DNA of 64,000 bases from Octopus vulgaris. Its lineage: Eukaryota. Both the position numbers and the translations under genes were made by a program. Location: assembly GCA_951406725.2 (NCBI GenBank), contig OX597820.1:80290001-80354000 (forward strand), in the 5' to 3' direction. The notes under the pieces were generated by a model that did not search any database, had not been told where the DNA came from, and saw nothing but the letters and a program-made list of their open reading frames with translations. This document shows, one piece after another, positions 1 to 12,685 of the stretch. Within the stretch, counting starts at the first letter, position 1, and each line of letters begins with the position of its first letter.

Positions 1-149
1 TATATATGCGTGTGTATGTATATATATATATATGTATTTATATATGTATATATGCATATATATAACTTAATATAACTTAGAAAGGTTTTGGCCAGTATTG
101 GCCCAGGCCATGTCTAATTTAATAGCACCACCTTGCGAAGTCTTTCAAT

Positions 150-3100
150 TCAGGATTTGGGCACCAAGGCCCATTCGAGCAGAAAGTTATTGTTTGAGGA
201 GACATATCCGAGTGTGGGTGGTTTGTCCGGAACTGTTTGAAGGAATTTGTCCAAAGACTTCTTGAATTTTGTGTGGTCAGTTTCTGTTTTGACGTGTGCT
301 GGTGTGATGTTGAAGAGAGCGGGTCCAATTGAGGTGAAATAATTGTGCCGTATTGTTGTTATGAGATGCGATTTAGATTTTTGTTGTGGACGGATGGCAC
401 GGGGTCCAAGTCTTGGATGTATTTTGAAGGTGATACCAACATCATTTGGACAGTGCTGATGGAATATTTTCCACATCATACAGATAATGTAGCGTTCACG
501 GCGTCGTTGGAGTGAATACAGTTTCAGCTTTTCCAGTCGACCCCAGTAGTCAAGGTCTGACATGCCATCTATCTTTTTCGTGATTGACCTTTGGGGAGCT
601 TCAACTTTCATAATATTCCGTTTCGTGTAGGGAGACCACAGTGGACAGCAGTATTCAAGGTGAGATCGGGCAAAAGTGGAGAAGAGAAGGAGAAGGGTGT
701 GGGAATCTCTCGACTGGAAGGTTCTGAGAATCCAGTAGCACATTCTGCGGGCTATGTCAACTTTGCTGCTTATATGTGGAGCCCAGCTTATGTTGTTGTC
801 CACAGTTACTCCCAAGTCTCAGATGTTGTTAGACGCCATGAGAGTTTCACCAGAAGGAAGGGAGTATGGGAGTTTCAGAGCGTCCTCCCTTCCAAAGTGG
901 ATCAATTCGAATTTGTCTTCGTTTAGCAACATGTTCTTTTTCGCCTATTGGACAACAGCCTGTAGGTCTGACTGAAGGTTTATCCGGTCATCCACACCAT
1001 TGATGACCTTCTGGAGCTTGGAATCATCAGCGAAGATTCTGATGTTACTGTATTTGATGATGTCAGTGATGTTATTAATGTAGATGATGAAGAGAAGTGG
1101 GCCCAACACAGTGCCTTGTGGGACACCACTACTGACTTTGGCTGGGCTGGTTTTGACTCCTTCGACTACAACATGTTGGGTTCTGTTAGACAGGAAGCAC
1201 TTGATCCACTGCAGCAGCTTTCCAGTGACACCAATATTGGACAGCTTTCTCAAAAGGATCTTATGATCAACCCTGTCAAAGGCCTTTCTGAAATCAAGGT
1301 AGATAACATCAGTGTTGGAACCCTCTCCCAAGGCTCCCAAAATGTCATCGAAGTGATGCAGTAGCTGCGTCAGGCAATCCCTTCCATTACGGAATCCATG
1401 TTGGTTGGAGTTCAGTATACTATGACTCTCAAGGAAGTGAGTCATACGCGATCTCACCACTCTCTCAAATACCTTAATGATATGAGAGGTGAGTGAGATT
1501 GGACGGTAATTCACGGCAAGGGATTTGTTTCCTTTTTTGAAAACTGGGACAACAGACTGGGATAGAAGGTTTTCTGGTATATATCCAGCATCCAGTGCGT
1601 TCCGCCACAGATTGGCTAGAGGGGGTGCAAGTTGGTGTTGACACATCTTCAAGACACAAGCAGGGAACCTATCGGGACCTACTGCTGAATTATGCTTCAT
1701 TTCCTTTATTGCTACTAAGACATCAGTAGCGCCAAAGGTTATGTCCGATAAAGTGTATTGGGGAGTAACATCAGTGATATAGCCCAGATCAGCCATATCA
1801 GGATTGCTGAAAACAGCAGTATTGTTTCTGCAACATCTCTCCCATGGTTTTGGCATTGTCTTGAAGATTACCATTCTCATCAATCAGAGGGCCAACAGTA
1901 GAGCCAGTAACTTTGTGTTTTTTTGCAAATGAGAAGAACATTTTGGGATTAAGTTTGATCTTCTCAATGGCCCAGGCCTCTTCAGCTCTTCTCTGACTAT
2001 TGATGATAAACATCATGTTGTTTTGGAGGCTATGTTTTTTAATCTCTAGTGACGTGATGACAGTCAGGTTGGTGTGTTGCTGTTGGCAGTATTTCAGCTT
2101 GTTGATTTTTTTGTTAATTCTTTTAATTTTCCTGATGAAAGTTTTTCTATTTCTAGGGATTCTGCACTTAGATTTGTTTGCAGATCTTAATGGGGTGTGT
2201 TTTGTACATATGTTCGTAATGGTGTCTACAAATGACTGCCAGGACTTTTTGATGTTTTTGATATTAGTGGGTGTGTATGTGTGCGTGAAGGACCAATCGA
2301 CTTGTGCAAGATCATTACTGATCGCTTCCCAGTTTGCGTTGTGGAAATCCATAGAGTCAAATGGATGGACAGGAGGGATGACGTTTGTTTTGCATTTTGG
2401 CCGGTGAAATCTCAGATCACAGAGAACCATGTCATGATCAGAGAGTAGAGTTTTCTCCACTGCAATATTGTGGATAGTGTCAGTGTGATTGCTGAAAATT
2501 AAGTCTAGGACGCTTTTGTGACATCTCGTTGGTTCGAGCACCAGTTGGGACAGGAAGAAATCATGAAGCGATTCAACTGCCTCCCTGTCAGGGGTTGAGA
2601 CAGAAGAACCTGGCGGCAGACTGTTTGTAGACCAGTCAACTCCAGGGAGATTGAAGTCCCCCATCATTAAGATGTTGTCAGATTGATACTGCTGAATGAA
2701 ACACTTTATGTTATTGAGGCATTCCTTGAAGCATGGTAGGGGCGTTTGGGGTGGTCTGTAGAGCCCAACTACTATTAAGTTGGTTTGACTGAATACAGCG
2801 ACTGTTTCGCAGTATCCATTGAAAAATATGTTCATAGCCTCTGTTGAGAAAGAATCATGAACATAAATGGCAGTCCCACCCTTTCTTCTGCCAGCACGAT
2901 CAGCACGAATGGCTTTGAAATTTTTAACTTTTACCTCGGCTTCCAAGTGGAGGTTACTAAGATGGGTTTCGGTGAGGACGAAGAAAGGGATGTGGTTTGG
3001 ATGGGCATCAACCCAGTCCTCCAGGAATTTTATTTTCCATTTTTGAGTATTGGTGGTAGGGCTGATGCCTTGGGCGTTAAGCAAAAATGTTGAGGTGAGA

Positions 3101-3156
3101 GTGGATGGTTTTAATTGTTTTGGTGTTTTGCTTATTTGTTTGCTTTTTAATGGCAT
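150..3156 (-). pseudogene. LINE ORF2: AP endonuclease + reverse transcriptase, one frameshift (~1815) and two in-frame stops (~945, ~820)
   Basis: APE motifs LTETHL, GLYRPP, MGDFNLP, LDLIF, SDH. RT motifs NYRPISLTS, QHGFR, YLDFRKAFDRVDH, GVPQGTVLGPLLF, FADD. C-terminal LEYCCPLWSP..LYSLQRRR is typical of the CR1 group. Confidence 0.93.
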
Positions 3157-4407
3157 GTGCAGTGGGGTGATAGTGGTGGATGGTGGTGGGTGATAGCTCG
3201 GATGTTTTTTTCCAGTTCTTTTGCTAGATTCATTATGGCTAAAAAAGAGGAAGAAGTTTCCTGCCTAGGGAACTGTAGGTGACTGTGGTTGTGGTTATTT
3301 TTATATGAGTGGTTATTTCTATATGAGTCGTGGGTTTTTTTGCTTTTATTTTTATTTATATTGTCATTTGTCCGACGAGTCCCCGGGAGATGGGTAAAGG
3401 GGCAATCCCTGTGCAAACACAATCTGTCTCGCTGGGAATAGCGGCAGATTTGGGGATTCCTTGTTTGAGATATTGGTGGTTGTGGTGGTGTTGTAATAGA
3501 GTATGTATTATGGTGGTTGCTGTTGTAGTTTGTGGGGATAGAGCGTTTTGTTCCAGGTAAATGGGTGAATTTGCAGTCTCTATCAGTGCATAATCTATGG
3601 CGAAGAGAATATCGGCAAATGATGGGATTTCGAATGAGAGGTGCGTGTGTGAGTTGTGAGAGGTGTAGATGATAGTTTGTGGAGGTTTTGGCGACCTTTG
3701 TGACCTGTAGGAGGTAAACTCTTTGAGATAGCATTAGTAGTTGTAGTAGTAGTAGTAGGCAGAAGAGATATTGACAGTGATGATGATTGAGGAGATCGAT
3801 TCCATGAGATAGCGGTAGACAAAGATGTTTGTGGATACATAGTGGGTGTAGTACTAGTAGTAGTAAGCAGAGGAGATGATGTTGACAGTGATGATGATTG
3901 AGCTGCTGGGGGCAGTGAAAGGAAAGGATGGTGCTTCCTGCTGTGTGACCCTGATAACTGGGGGGGGGGTCAATCGTTTCGTTTAGCAAATCGGCCATTG
4001 TAGATGAATCGAGGAGTGGTTCATACTGTTGTTGTTGCCGCTGAGGTTGTTGCTGCTGAAGTTGCTGTTGTTGTTGTTGTTGTTGCTGTAGCTGTTGTTG
4101 TTGTTGTTGCTGCTGCTGAGTTTGTTGTTGAGGTTGTTGTTGCGCTGGTGATGCGTTCGAAGAGAAAACACATCTCAGTTTATCGAAGTGTTTATTTATT
4201 AATTTAAAAGCAACTTCGATTTGCTTTAATTTTATTTTGTATCTGCTGTTCAGATCGAGTTTGCAAAAGATGAACTGTCCGTTTAGCAATTTCGTTCAGA
4301 CACGAAGCACCTATGCTCTCTGTTTGGGTAAGGCAATGCCATGTGTTGATTAGAAAGTCGATTTCATTATCAGACCAGTTTTTGTTGGATTTTTGGTGGC
4401 TAGCCAT
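3147..4407 (-). pseudogene. LINE ORF1 (frameshifted ~4230): Myb/SANT-like N-terminus, polyQ, S/T/P-rich linker, two C-x8-C-x4-C-x3-H fingers
   Basis: ORFs 4204-4407 and 3147-4289 join if one A is removed from AATAAAATTAAAG, giving WSDNEIDFLINTW...RSEQQIQNKLKQIEVAF. Fingers are CRYSLRHRLCTDRDCKFTH and CRYSQRDRLCLHRDCPFTH. Confidence 0.7.
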
Positions 4408-4581
4408 TCTGGTGGATATGTTTTATTAAATTTTATTTTGTTCATTTGTTTTGTTGATTACATTTATTTATTTATTATTATTTTTTTTAAAGAGAAGTAT
4501 GTAGAATAGATTGTACAGAATGTTTGCTGTAATACTGAGAAATTTGTATTTGAATTATGAGCTTGCAGTTATTATATCTTT

Positions 4582-4977
4582 ACTCTTTACTCTTTTTACT
4601 CTTTTACTTGTTTCAGTCATTTGACTGCGGCCATGCTGGGGCACCGCCTTTAGTCGACCAAATCGACCCCGGGACTTATTCTTTGTAAGCCCAGTACTTA
4701 TTCTATCGGTCTCTTTTGCCGAACCGCTAAGTGACGGGGACGTAAACACACCAGCATCGGTTGTCAAGCAATGCTAGGGAGACAAACACACACACACATA
4801 TATATATATATATACGACAGGCTTCTTTCAGTTTCCGTCTACTAAATCCACTCACAAGGCATTGGTCGGCCCGGGGCTATAGCAGAAGACACTTGCCCAA
4901 GATGCCACGCAGTGGGACTGAACCTGGAACCATGTGGTTGGTTAGCAAGCTACTTACCACACAGCCACTCCTGCGCC
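4582..4977 (-). mobile_element. tRNA-derived SINE family A (CORE-like), full length, inserted in the LINE 5'UTR
   Basis: Head GTGGCTGTGTGGTAAG (A box) and GGTTCAGTCCC (B box), CORE-like CTTGGGCAAGTG, (AAGAGTA)n tail, TSD TATCTTT at 4575-4581 and 4978-4984. Confidence 0.85.
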
Positions 4978-5310
4978 TATCTTTCTTTTCTTTTCTTTTT
5001 TTCCCCTCTTTTTCTAATTTTTAATGTGTGGGTGATCCTTTAGTTATCAGAAGGTGTTGATGAAGAGTATATATAAATAAATACTCTCTCATAGGAGTGT
5101 GTGGTTTTGTTTATTTGGTCGTTTGAAATTTATGAAAATAATTTGTAGTTAAAGAAAAGTCTACTCACAAGTTGGGAAAACGCGTGGTTTCAAATATACA
5201 GGAATATATGTGATGGTCAATTTCGACTGTAGCTGTGAAGCTTGTTGCTGACCGGCGCGGAGAGGAGTAAAAACACGTCTTTATACTTCAGCAATCAGTG
5301 GCTATAAATA

Positions 5311-5313
5311 CAT

Positions 5314-5392
<79 letters not shown>

Positions 5393-5437
5393 TACATACA
5401 CACACATATATATATACATATATATATATATACATTT

Positions 5438-5529
<92 letters not shown>

Positions 5530-5545
5530 GCATATATATGTATAC

Positions 5546-5579
<34 letters not shown>

Positions 5580-5622
5580 GTACATACATACATATATATA
5601 TGCATACACACACGCGCGCACA

Positions 5623-5712
<90 letters not shown>

Positions 5713-5713
5713 C
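5311..5713. repeat. Compound (CA)n/(TA)n microsatellite
   Basis: Directly visible. One of dozens of such tracts that generate the YI/HT/CV repeat ORFs. Confidence 0.97.
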
Positions 5714-7365
5714 ACGTTGCTGTTGTTCGTCTGTCGACATGTATTGCACATTACTCCCATAAGTTTGTTGCTATTCATATTGTTACACAATTATACATTG
5801 AACTTTTGTTATTGTTATATGGATAAAGTAACCAGGACCTTAAGGAGTTGGCTAGTTTTTCTCCACCTGAGCCCTTAGGAGCTAAATTGGGGTTTGTTTA
5901 GTAAAGACACCCCAGAATTTTTGTTTAAAAAGAAAAATGGCAGATGAAGATTGCTCGTCCGCTGAAAAGAAAAGCCAGTTATTCACACAACAGAACAGAA
6001 TTGTAAATGCCAGTAACTGCAGCAGTAATAACAACAACAACAACAACATATTCCTAGAGTTGTCCAACAAGAAACTTGCGGACAGTTCGATTCAAAACAA
6101 TTGGAACAAAAAATGGAATAGAACAGGTAACACCCCAACAGATAGAAAAATGTCGGCGACCAATTTGGGAGTGTAAAGCTTATGTAGACAGGGGGGAAAA
6201 TAGGGAACTATCGAAGTGAAGTTCACCTCAAAAGAAGAGGTCAAAAATCACTCGACAACGACCCTGATGAATGACTTATCTCCATTTATTTTGTCCGAAG
6301 TTTATTCGTATCCCTACGAGCTTTAAGCTGCATGGTGGCGAATGAAACTGTTTTAAACAACGATATATTAACACCTAAATGTGCTGAGTACCTCTTGCTT
6401 TCGTTAGTCCACTCACTCGTACACACACACACACACATCGCTTGTGTTCCACTCTGTAAATATCAAAATTAAAAAATATTTTACGTGGTACAAACTAATG
6501 ACCTACGCACGAGTTGTTTAGTAAAGCAAGAAGTTCCTCTCCAAGTAACAGGACCGGAGATTGAAAACCACTGCTTGCCGAGGACTAGCGGGTGACATGG
6601 CGCTTAACAACAACCGCAACCCGCCATTTTTATTTGAAGCTATACATTTTACTCCCTTCTATTTCCATCGAAATTGCTATGCGATCTAATCGGTGAAACG
6701 CATGCGGGTTATTAACCTTTTAACTCGCCTTCGTAGTTTGCTTCCAACTAGTTAACCTAAACATGAAAGACCAACAACACTAAACTAGTTTAATCTTTTC
6801 TGCGTAGTTTCAAGAAAGGAAAAGAACCGCAGTAAGAATGCTTTAACTTTAGGGAACAGAAGTTTTAGATCTAAAATCACCGCTGCACCTCTTTTAAAAA
6901 CTATATGCAGCTGCATGTTGCATATAAACCCCAAATGCATATCAAACTACGATAAAGATATCTGCAGCTATCTGTCTGTAATCCCTTATTCATCCCGTCT
7001 TTCTCTCTCTCTCTCTCCCCCTCTCTCTGTTTTTCCTTTTTTATCTCTCTCTCGCACTCACTTTCACTTTTTCTCATACATACATATATACATATGAGTG
7101 TGCTTGCTGTGTATGCATGCATCTGTGCGCACGTGTGTGTGTGTGTGTCTGTGTGTGTTACTTTCATTTTTTTAGATCTACTCCTGCCCCTATCGAGCAG
7201 ATCTACAAAGTCGTATAATCTGTAACCAAATAACCAACCCATATTTTCGAATTTCAAAGTCCAAATTCTTCGACGCATTTTTCCGTTTTTAGACGGGAAA
7301 AGTATTTTATAGAGAGGGTTGGTTGTGATTTCTAACATATCCAACGACTATGCTGTGATTCCTCA

Positions 7366-7419
<54 letters not shown>

Positions 7420-7764
7420 CCGCGTGCATGTGTGTGCGTGTTCAAAATGACTTTATTTTTATCCTTTTCACCTTTTCCTGGTTTCAGTCACTGGACTGCG
7501 AAGATGCTGGAGCACCTCCTCGAAGAGTTTAATCAAACTAATCGACCCTGGTACTTGTTTTAACGGTTTCTTTCGCCGAAACGATAGTTTTCGGAGACAT
7601 AAACTAACCAGCACAGGTTTTTCAAGCGACAGTATCACTCACACTACACGACACATACATACATACATATATATTTGAAGGTTATTTTTTCCATGCTGAC
7701 CACTTGATAAAATCGTTATTCTATTTTTAAATTAACGATCTTATCCTTATATACACACACACAC

Positions 7765-7822
<58 letters not shown>

Positions 7823-8100
7823 TTAATAAGGGTGAGAGAATTAGATACTAATTTAATAGTATATTTATTCCACACCAAGTGGCCTAGTGCTACGAGAAAC
7901 CTGGATTATTATAATATTTTATAACATATTATAATATTTTTACAAAATAAATATAAGAGAGTGGTCACTATATTGCTCACTCTAGCACCAGTTAATCCAA
8001 AAGGTTTCAACCACGAAAATACATGTTTCCCATGAAAGCCAGTACGACTGTTAGCTCACACGGACAGGGCAAATAAAAAATAACAAAAATACAGATTATT

Positions 8101-8176
8101 TTGGGACAATTGTTTCGCTATTAATGAATTAAATGTAATATTACTTACAAAAATCCATTTGTAGCTCGTCAGCCAA
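8101..8176 (-). ncRNA. Type I hammerhead ribozyme
   Basis: Reverse complement reads ttgg-CTGACGA-gcta...tagc-GAAA-caattg-TC-ccaa. Confidence 0.8.
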
Positions 8177-8866
8177 GACTATCTGGATGAAATCCACTCA
8201 ATCACACGCCAGATTTTACCATAACGATAAATACGCGTGTGGTTCAATTGATTACATCCGACGTTATAATTCAAATGCCCCAACCAACAGCGCGCCAAAC
8301 TCTCACGGAAAACAAATACAGCATTTAGAAATAAATGCAGCATAATTATAATTAATTAATAAGGGTGAGAGAATTAGATACTAATTTAATAGTATATTTA
8401 TTCCACACCAAGTGGCCTAGTGCTACGAGAAACCTGGATTATTATAATATTTTATAACATATTATAATATTTTTACAAAATAAATATAAGAGAGTGGTCA
8501 CTATATTGCTCACTCTAGCACCAGTTAATCCAAAAGGTTTCAACCACGAAAATACATGTTTCCCATGAAAGCCAGTACGACTGTTAGCTCACACGGACAG
8601 GGCAAATAAAAAATAACAAAAATACAGCCACTTGGTGTGGAATAAATATACTATTAAATTAGTATCTAATTCTCTCACCCATATTAATTAATTATAATTA
8701 TGCTGCATTTATTTCTAAATGCTGTATTTGTTTTCCGTGAGAGTTTGGCGCGCTGTTGGTTGGGGCATTTGAATTATAACGTCGGATGTAATCAATTGAA
8801 CCACACGCGTATTTATCGTTATGGTAAAATCTGGCGTGTGATTGAGTGGATTTCATCCAGATAGTC

Positions 8867-8942
8867 TTGGCTGACGAGCTACAAATGGATTTTTGTAAGT
8901 AATATTACATTTAATTCATTAATAGCGAAACAATTGTCCCAA
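8867..8942 (+). ncRNA. Type I hammerhead ribozyme (predicted cleavage after C8938)
   Basis: Stem I TTGG/CCAA, core CTGACGA 8871-8877, long stem II (GCTA/TAGC, AATGGATT/AATTCATT, TGTAA/TTACA), GAAA 8927-8930, palindromic stem III CAATTG, GUC triplet. Confidence 0.8.
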
Positions 8943-9091
8943 AATAATCTGTATTTTTGTTATTTTTTATTTGCCCTGTCCGTGTGAGCTAACAGTCGTA
9001 CTGCTTTCATGGGAAACATGTATTTTCGTGGTTGAAACCTTTGGATTAACTGGTGCTAGAGTGAGCAATATAGTGACCACTCTCTTATATT

Positions 9092-9166
<75 letters not shown>

Positions 9167-9180
9167 CATATAAATATATA

Positions 9181-9245
<65 letters not shown>

Positions 9246-10165
9246 GTGACGTGTTTCTACATAGTTTCCATCTATCGAATTCTTTCAGAAGACATTGATC
9301 GGCCTCCGAGAGACTCATCTCAAAACCATTCGGCTACAAAGCAAGCCTCTTAACCACACAGCCATTTCTGAATTTTCAGAATCCATGCGTTTTATTCTCC
9401 TACCATAATACTAAAATGAACACAAGACGCTACTAAATGTCTGATGCTATTTACAAACACATTTCTACTTTCTGAGTTCAAAACCTATTTCTGTGAGAGT
9501 TATAGGAAAAACCGTAGTAAACGTTTTTGGTGTAGGAAATATCACCGTCAGAAACTTCGTTTTAAATGATCTCATCACGTTTTTTTTCTTTTTTTTTTAT
9601 GTCTGACCTTGTATAAAGACTTGCGTACTTAAAGCTTTTATAAAACCTTTTATTATTCTTTTTATTTTATATTTTAAAAAACGCTGATATAATACACTTT
9701 ATCATTCTCCATGGGGCGAATTTTCCGACCATGTTCTGTGAGCTAGAATGACAGCGCAGAGAAAAGAGTATCAGAGTATCACCATTTAGTGTTGTCATAA
9801 CGTTTCTCAGCGGTAGTTGTAATGAGGGAGTCGTGTGGTGGTTGAAGTGTTAATTATATTTGTACTGTGAGTGGATGTTTTAATGAAACGGGGCAGTGTT
9901 TTTTTAACGGCGCATTTTTCATATATTCAGTGTGACTTGAGTTGAAACTATTCAGCTGTGGGTGTTATCATTCAGCTCTGTGGCGGTCGCACGGGTACAG
10001 CTTAGATATGGATGTAATGACACACAGCTCAGAGATGAGTGCCATGCAAAGAAGCAGTCGTGAGGTGGGGGTCTTGGACGATATGGCACAGTCGTTTTGG
10101 CGTCGATTCGACATTAACTTATCCGACGTTTGGATACTTCCCTCGTTTTAATGTTTCTCTCTGCG

Positions 10166-10247
<82 letters not shown>

Positions 10248-10609
10248 CGTCTTTGTTTATTGTGTGGGCATATTTCCCTATGTGTGTAAGTTGGGAGGGA
10301 AAGTGTTTATGTCAATCATACTCAATTAATATATTGTAATCATTCCTCCTCTCTCTCACTCCTTCTATCTATAAGTGAATATTCCTGCTTGCATGCGTGT
10401 GTGTTTGCCTCTACTGCCAAAAAGTACTGTTGCTGAAACAGGCTGACTATCAAATCAGCCGTGCTAAATCATTTACATCCAAACAGCTGCACCCACTCGT
10501 CTCATTTCCGCAGCTCAGTAGTGATTGTGACGACACAATTCAATGGTAATTACAATATATCTCAGTAGATTCTATTATGACAAAAATTAATAATAGTTAT
10601 AATGAAACA

Positions 10610-10841
10610 AATCGGTGTTGGAGGTGATGACGAGTTCTCAGGAATATATATATGGCTTGTTGACGATTTCTTCTCCTTCTTTAAACTTTTCTCCTTTCCG
10701 ACGAAGAGCTATGCTCGAAACGTTTAACTCTCTCCTTTCACCGAGCGTCAAGTTAATATACTTCTTGTTCATGTCCTCACGTTGTTTTTCTTCTTTGTTT
10801 CGTTTTTTATCTGTTTATTTGAATGGTTGTTTATCTGAATT

Positions 10842-10881
<40 letters not shown>

Positions 10882-11190
10882 TCCGTACTGGTTGTATGTA
10901 TTAGATTATGAGATACAAAGGACCTGAAAGTCAAATTCGTCTTCCCACGGGAGATTGCACTAACAGCACTCCGACCAGACATGCTTCTGCTCTCTAGGAG
11001 AGCAAAAACATCAATAGTGTTTGAATTCACAGGGCCCAGGGAGAACAGACACCGACGTTTCTCACCAACTAAATAAAACCAAATACTAAGACTTAGTCGA
11101 CAAGGACCTTCTCAAAAGATGGCATGCGGCCACATTCCTTATTGAAGCTGGCTGCTTGAGACACCTGACATTGCGACAAATACCGAAGAG
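10610..11190 (+). repeat. Copy 1 of a local duplication (PLE-like end + (TA)n + RLE LINE fragment); copy 2 at ~22764-23470
   Basis: Near-identical sequence on both sides of the internal TA tract in the two copies. Confidence 0.85.
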
Positions 11191-11290
11191 CATGCGATCC
11201 CTTTGAGTATCTCCTGCAGTTTCTGCGAGGGGCAAAGCATCTCCGATAGTTTTTCTCCAGTGGTGGTCGTAGTGGTACAGCTGAGCGGCG
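10880..11290 (+). mobile_element. Decayed 3' fragment of an RLE-type non-LTR retrotransposon (HERO/R2-like endonuclease region)
   Basis: Translates DLKVKFVFPREIALTALRPDMLLLSRRAKTSIVFEFTGPRE...KY*DLV...WHAATFLIEAGC, matching the RPD..ELTxPxE..KY restriction-like endonuclease pattern. Confidence 0.65.
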
Positions 11291-12685
11291 GTTATAATGA
11301 AACACCTTGCAGTTTCCATTGATGCAGTTCTGTGGTTGCATCGACAGCTCAACAGAGGATTGCAATGAAGCAATTCAGTGTTGGTTGTAATGAAATCGCT
11401 TTGTGAAGGCGGCATACTTAAAAATGAGGAGAATATAAAAATATAATTACTTGGCTTTCCTGAATTACCAAAATGAATAATCTTGCAGTTTTGAATTATT
11501 GAGGCGTGATGAAATGAAACGACAGCCAGGAAATTGCATAGTTTCGAAATTTCTCTCGTTTCTTCGTAAGTCATATCATTTTGCAATATATGTTTGGCAG
11601 TTTTTCTTTTTCTTTCTCCCACTTTTTTCTCCTTCATGTTTAATTCTTGCTATGAAACAGATATACATCTTTGTCATAAATTTCAGGTCTGAAAGCATTC
11701 AAATATATCATCGTGAATTTCTTTCCTTTTCTTAATGACGTTGGCTCATTATTATTTTTCTTAAGCAAGTGTCTTTATTTCGACAATGCTATTCTAACAA
11801 GTTATTTCTACCGCTGTTGATATTACCACTATTGTTATCATTACAGGCATAGACATTACTCTGTAGTTAAGAAGCTTACTTCCTAATCATGTGGTCTTCT
11901 GTTCGATGGCACTTTGGGCAAGTGTTGTTTTTTTATTACAGTGAGTGGATTTGGTAGACGGAAACTGAAAGAAGTTCGTTGTGTACATGATTTATGTATG
12001 TATGTCATTATTCAGTTTTATTTCAAGATGTATTGCCAATACAGAAGGAGCCGGTTTCTAACCTAGATCCAAAGCTCCTTCATTGGAATTTCAACATCAA
12101 GAGGATATTTTTGTATGAATGTCTATGTGCAGATTTGTAGGTTTTGTTTTGTGCATGTATTCTCATGCATATAGTTGCATGTCTAGACATGCTCATATGT
12201 TTTTAAATTATGAGCTTCTGGAAAGTTTTACTGATTTGTTTGCATGTATGTATGTGTTATGTATGCATGCGTGTATGTATGCATGTATGCGTGTATGTAC
12301 AGAGGATGCCTGTATATAATGGTAACGAAGTGGGTATTTCCTCGGTTATTCTGAGTGTAGAAGAACGATTCACGCTAACGTTACGTTACCAATTTTTCAA
12401 GATGATTATCGAAGAAGCGGTGTAATTACTGTAATATAATTAGTAAGATATAAAATGCATCACCCCCATCGTTTCTCATATAAGCTAGGTTGTACTTTAA
12501 TTATATGTAATTCACTTTAATTAATATATCTGTGAAGGGTGGTGCTTACCTATGGAAAACACATCATCAGGCTACAGTTCATAGAAATAAATACAGCTGC
12601 GAAGCGAAGTAACTTCTCGTGCGTGATAAGAGATGAAAAGCGATATCTCTCTCAACGCAGCTACTTCGCAATTTGCAGCGTTACT

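Larger units (their letters stand above)
62..5305 (-). mobile_element. Near full-length CR1-group (CR1/L2/Crack-like) LINE, recently inactivated, inserted between (TA)n/(CA)n tracts
   Basis: Order is 5'UTR (AGACGTGTT motif at 5272-5280), ORF1, ORF2 (APE + RT), short 3'UTR with GGCCA-gtat-TGGCC hairpin (90-103), and a tandem TAAGTTATA tail (61-79). ORF1 stop and ORF2 ATG overlap (3147-3156). Confidence 0.9.
7816..9098. repeat. Non-coding 533-bp unit: 1.5 tandem copies (7816-8627) plus an inverted ~470-bp copy (8628-9098), flanked by (TA)n; retrozyme/PLE-terminal-repeat-like
   Basis: GGGTGAGAG at 7830 and 8363 (period 533). 8628-9098 is the reverse complement of ~7943-8416. Each orientation contains one HHR. 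Confidence 0.88.

Noticed and set aside
12455-12575. Minus-strand CTGATGA...GAAACG as a hammerhead
   Set aside because: Stem II and the cleavage triplet cannot be formed convincingly.
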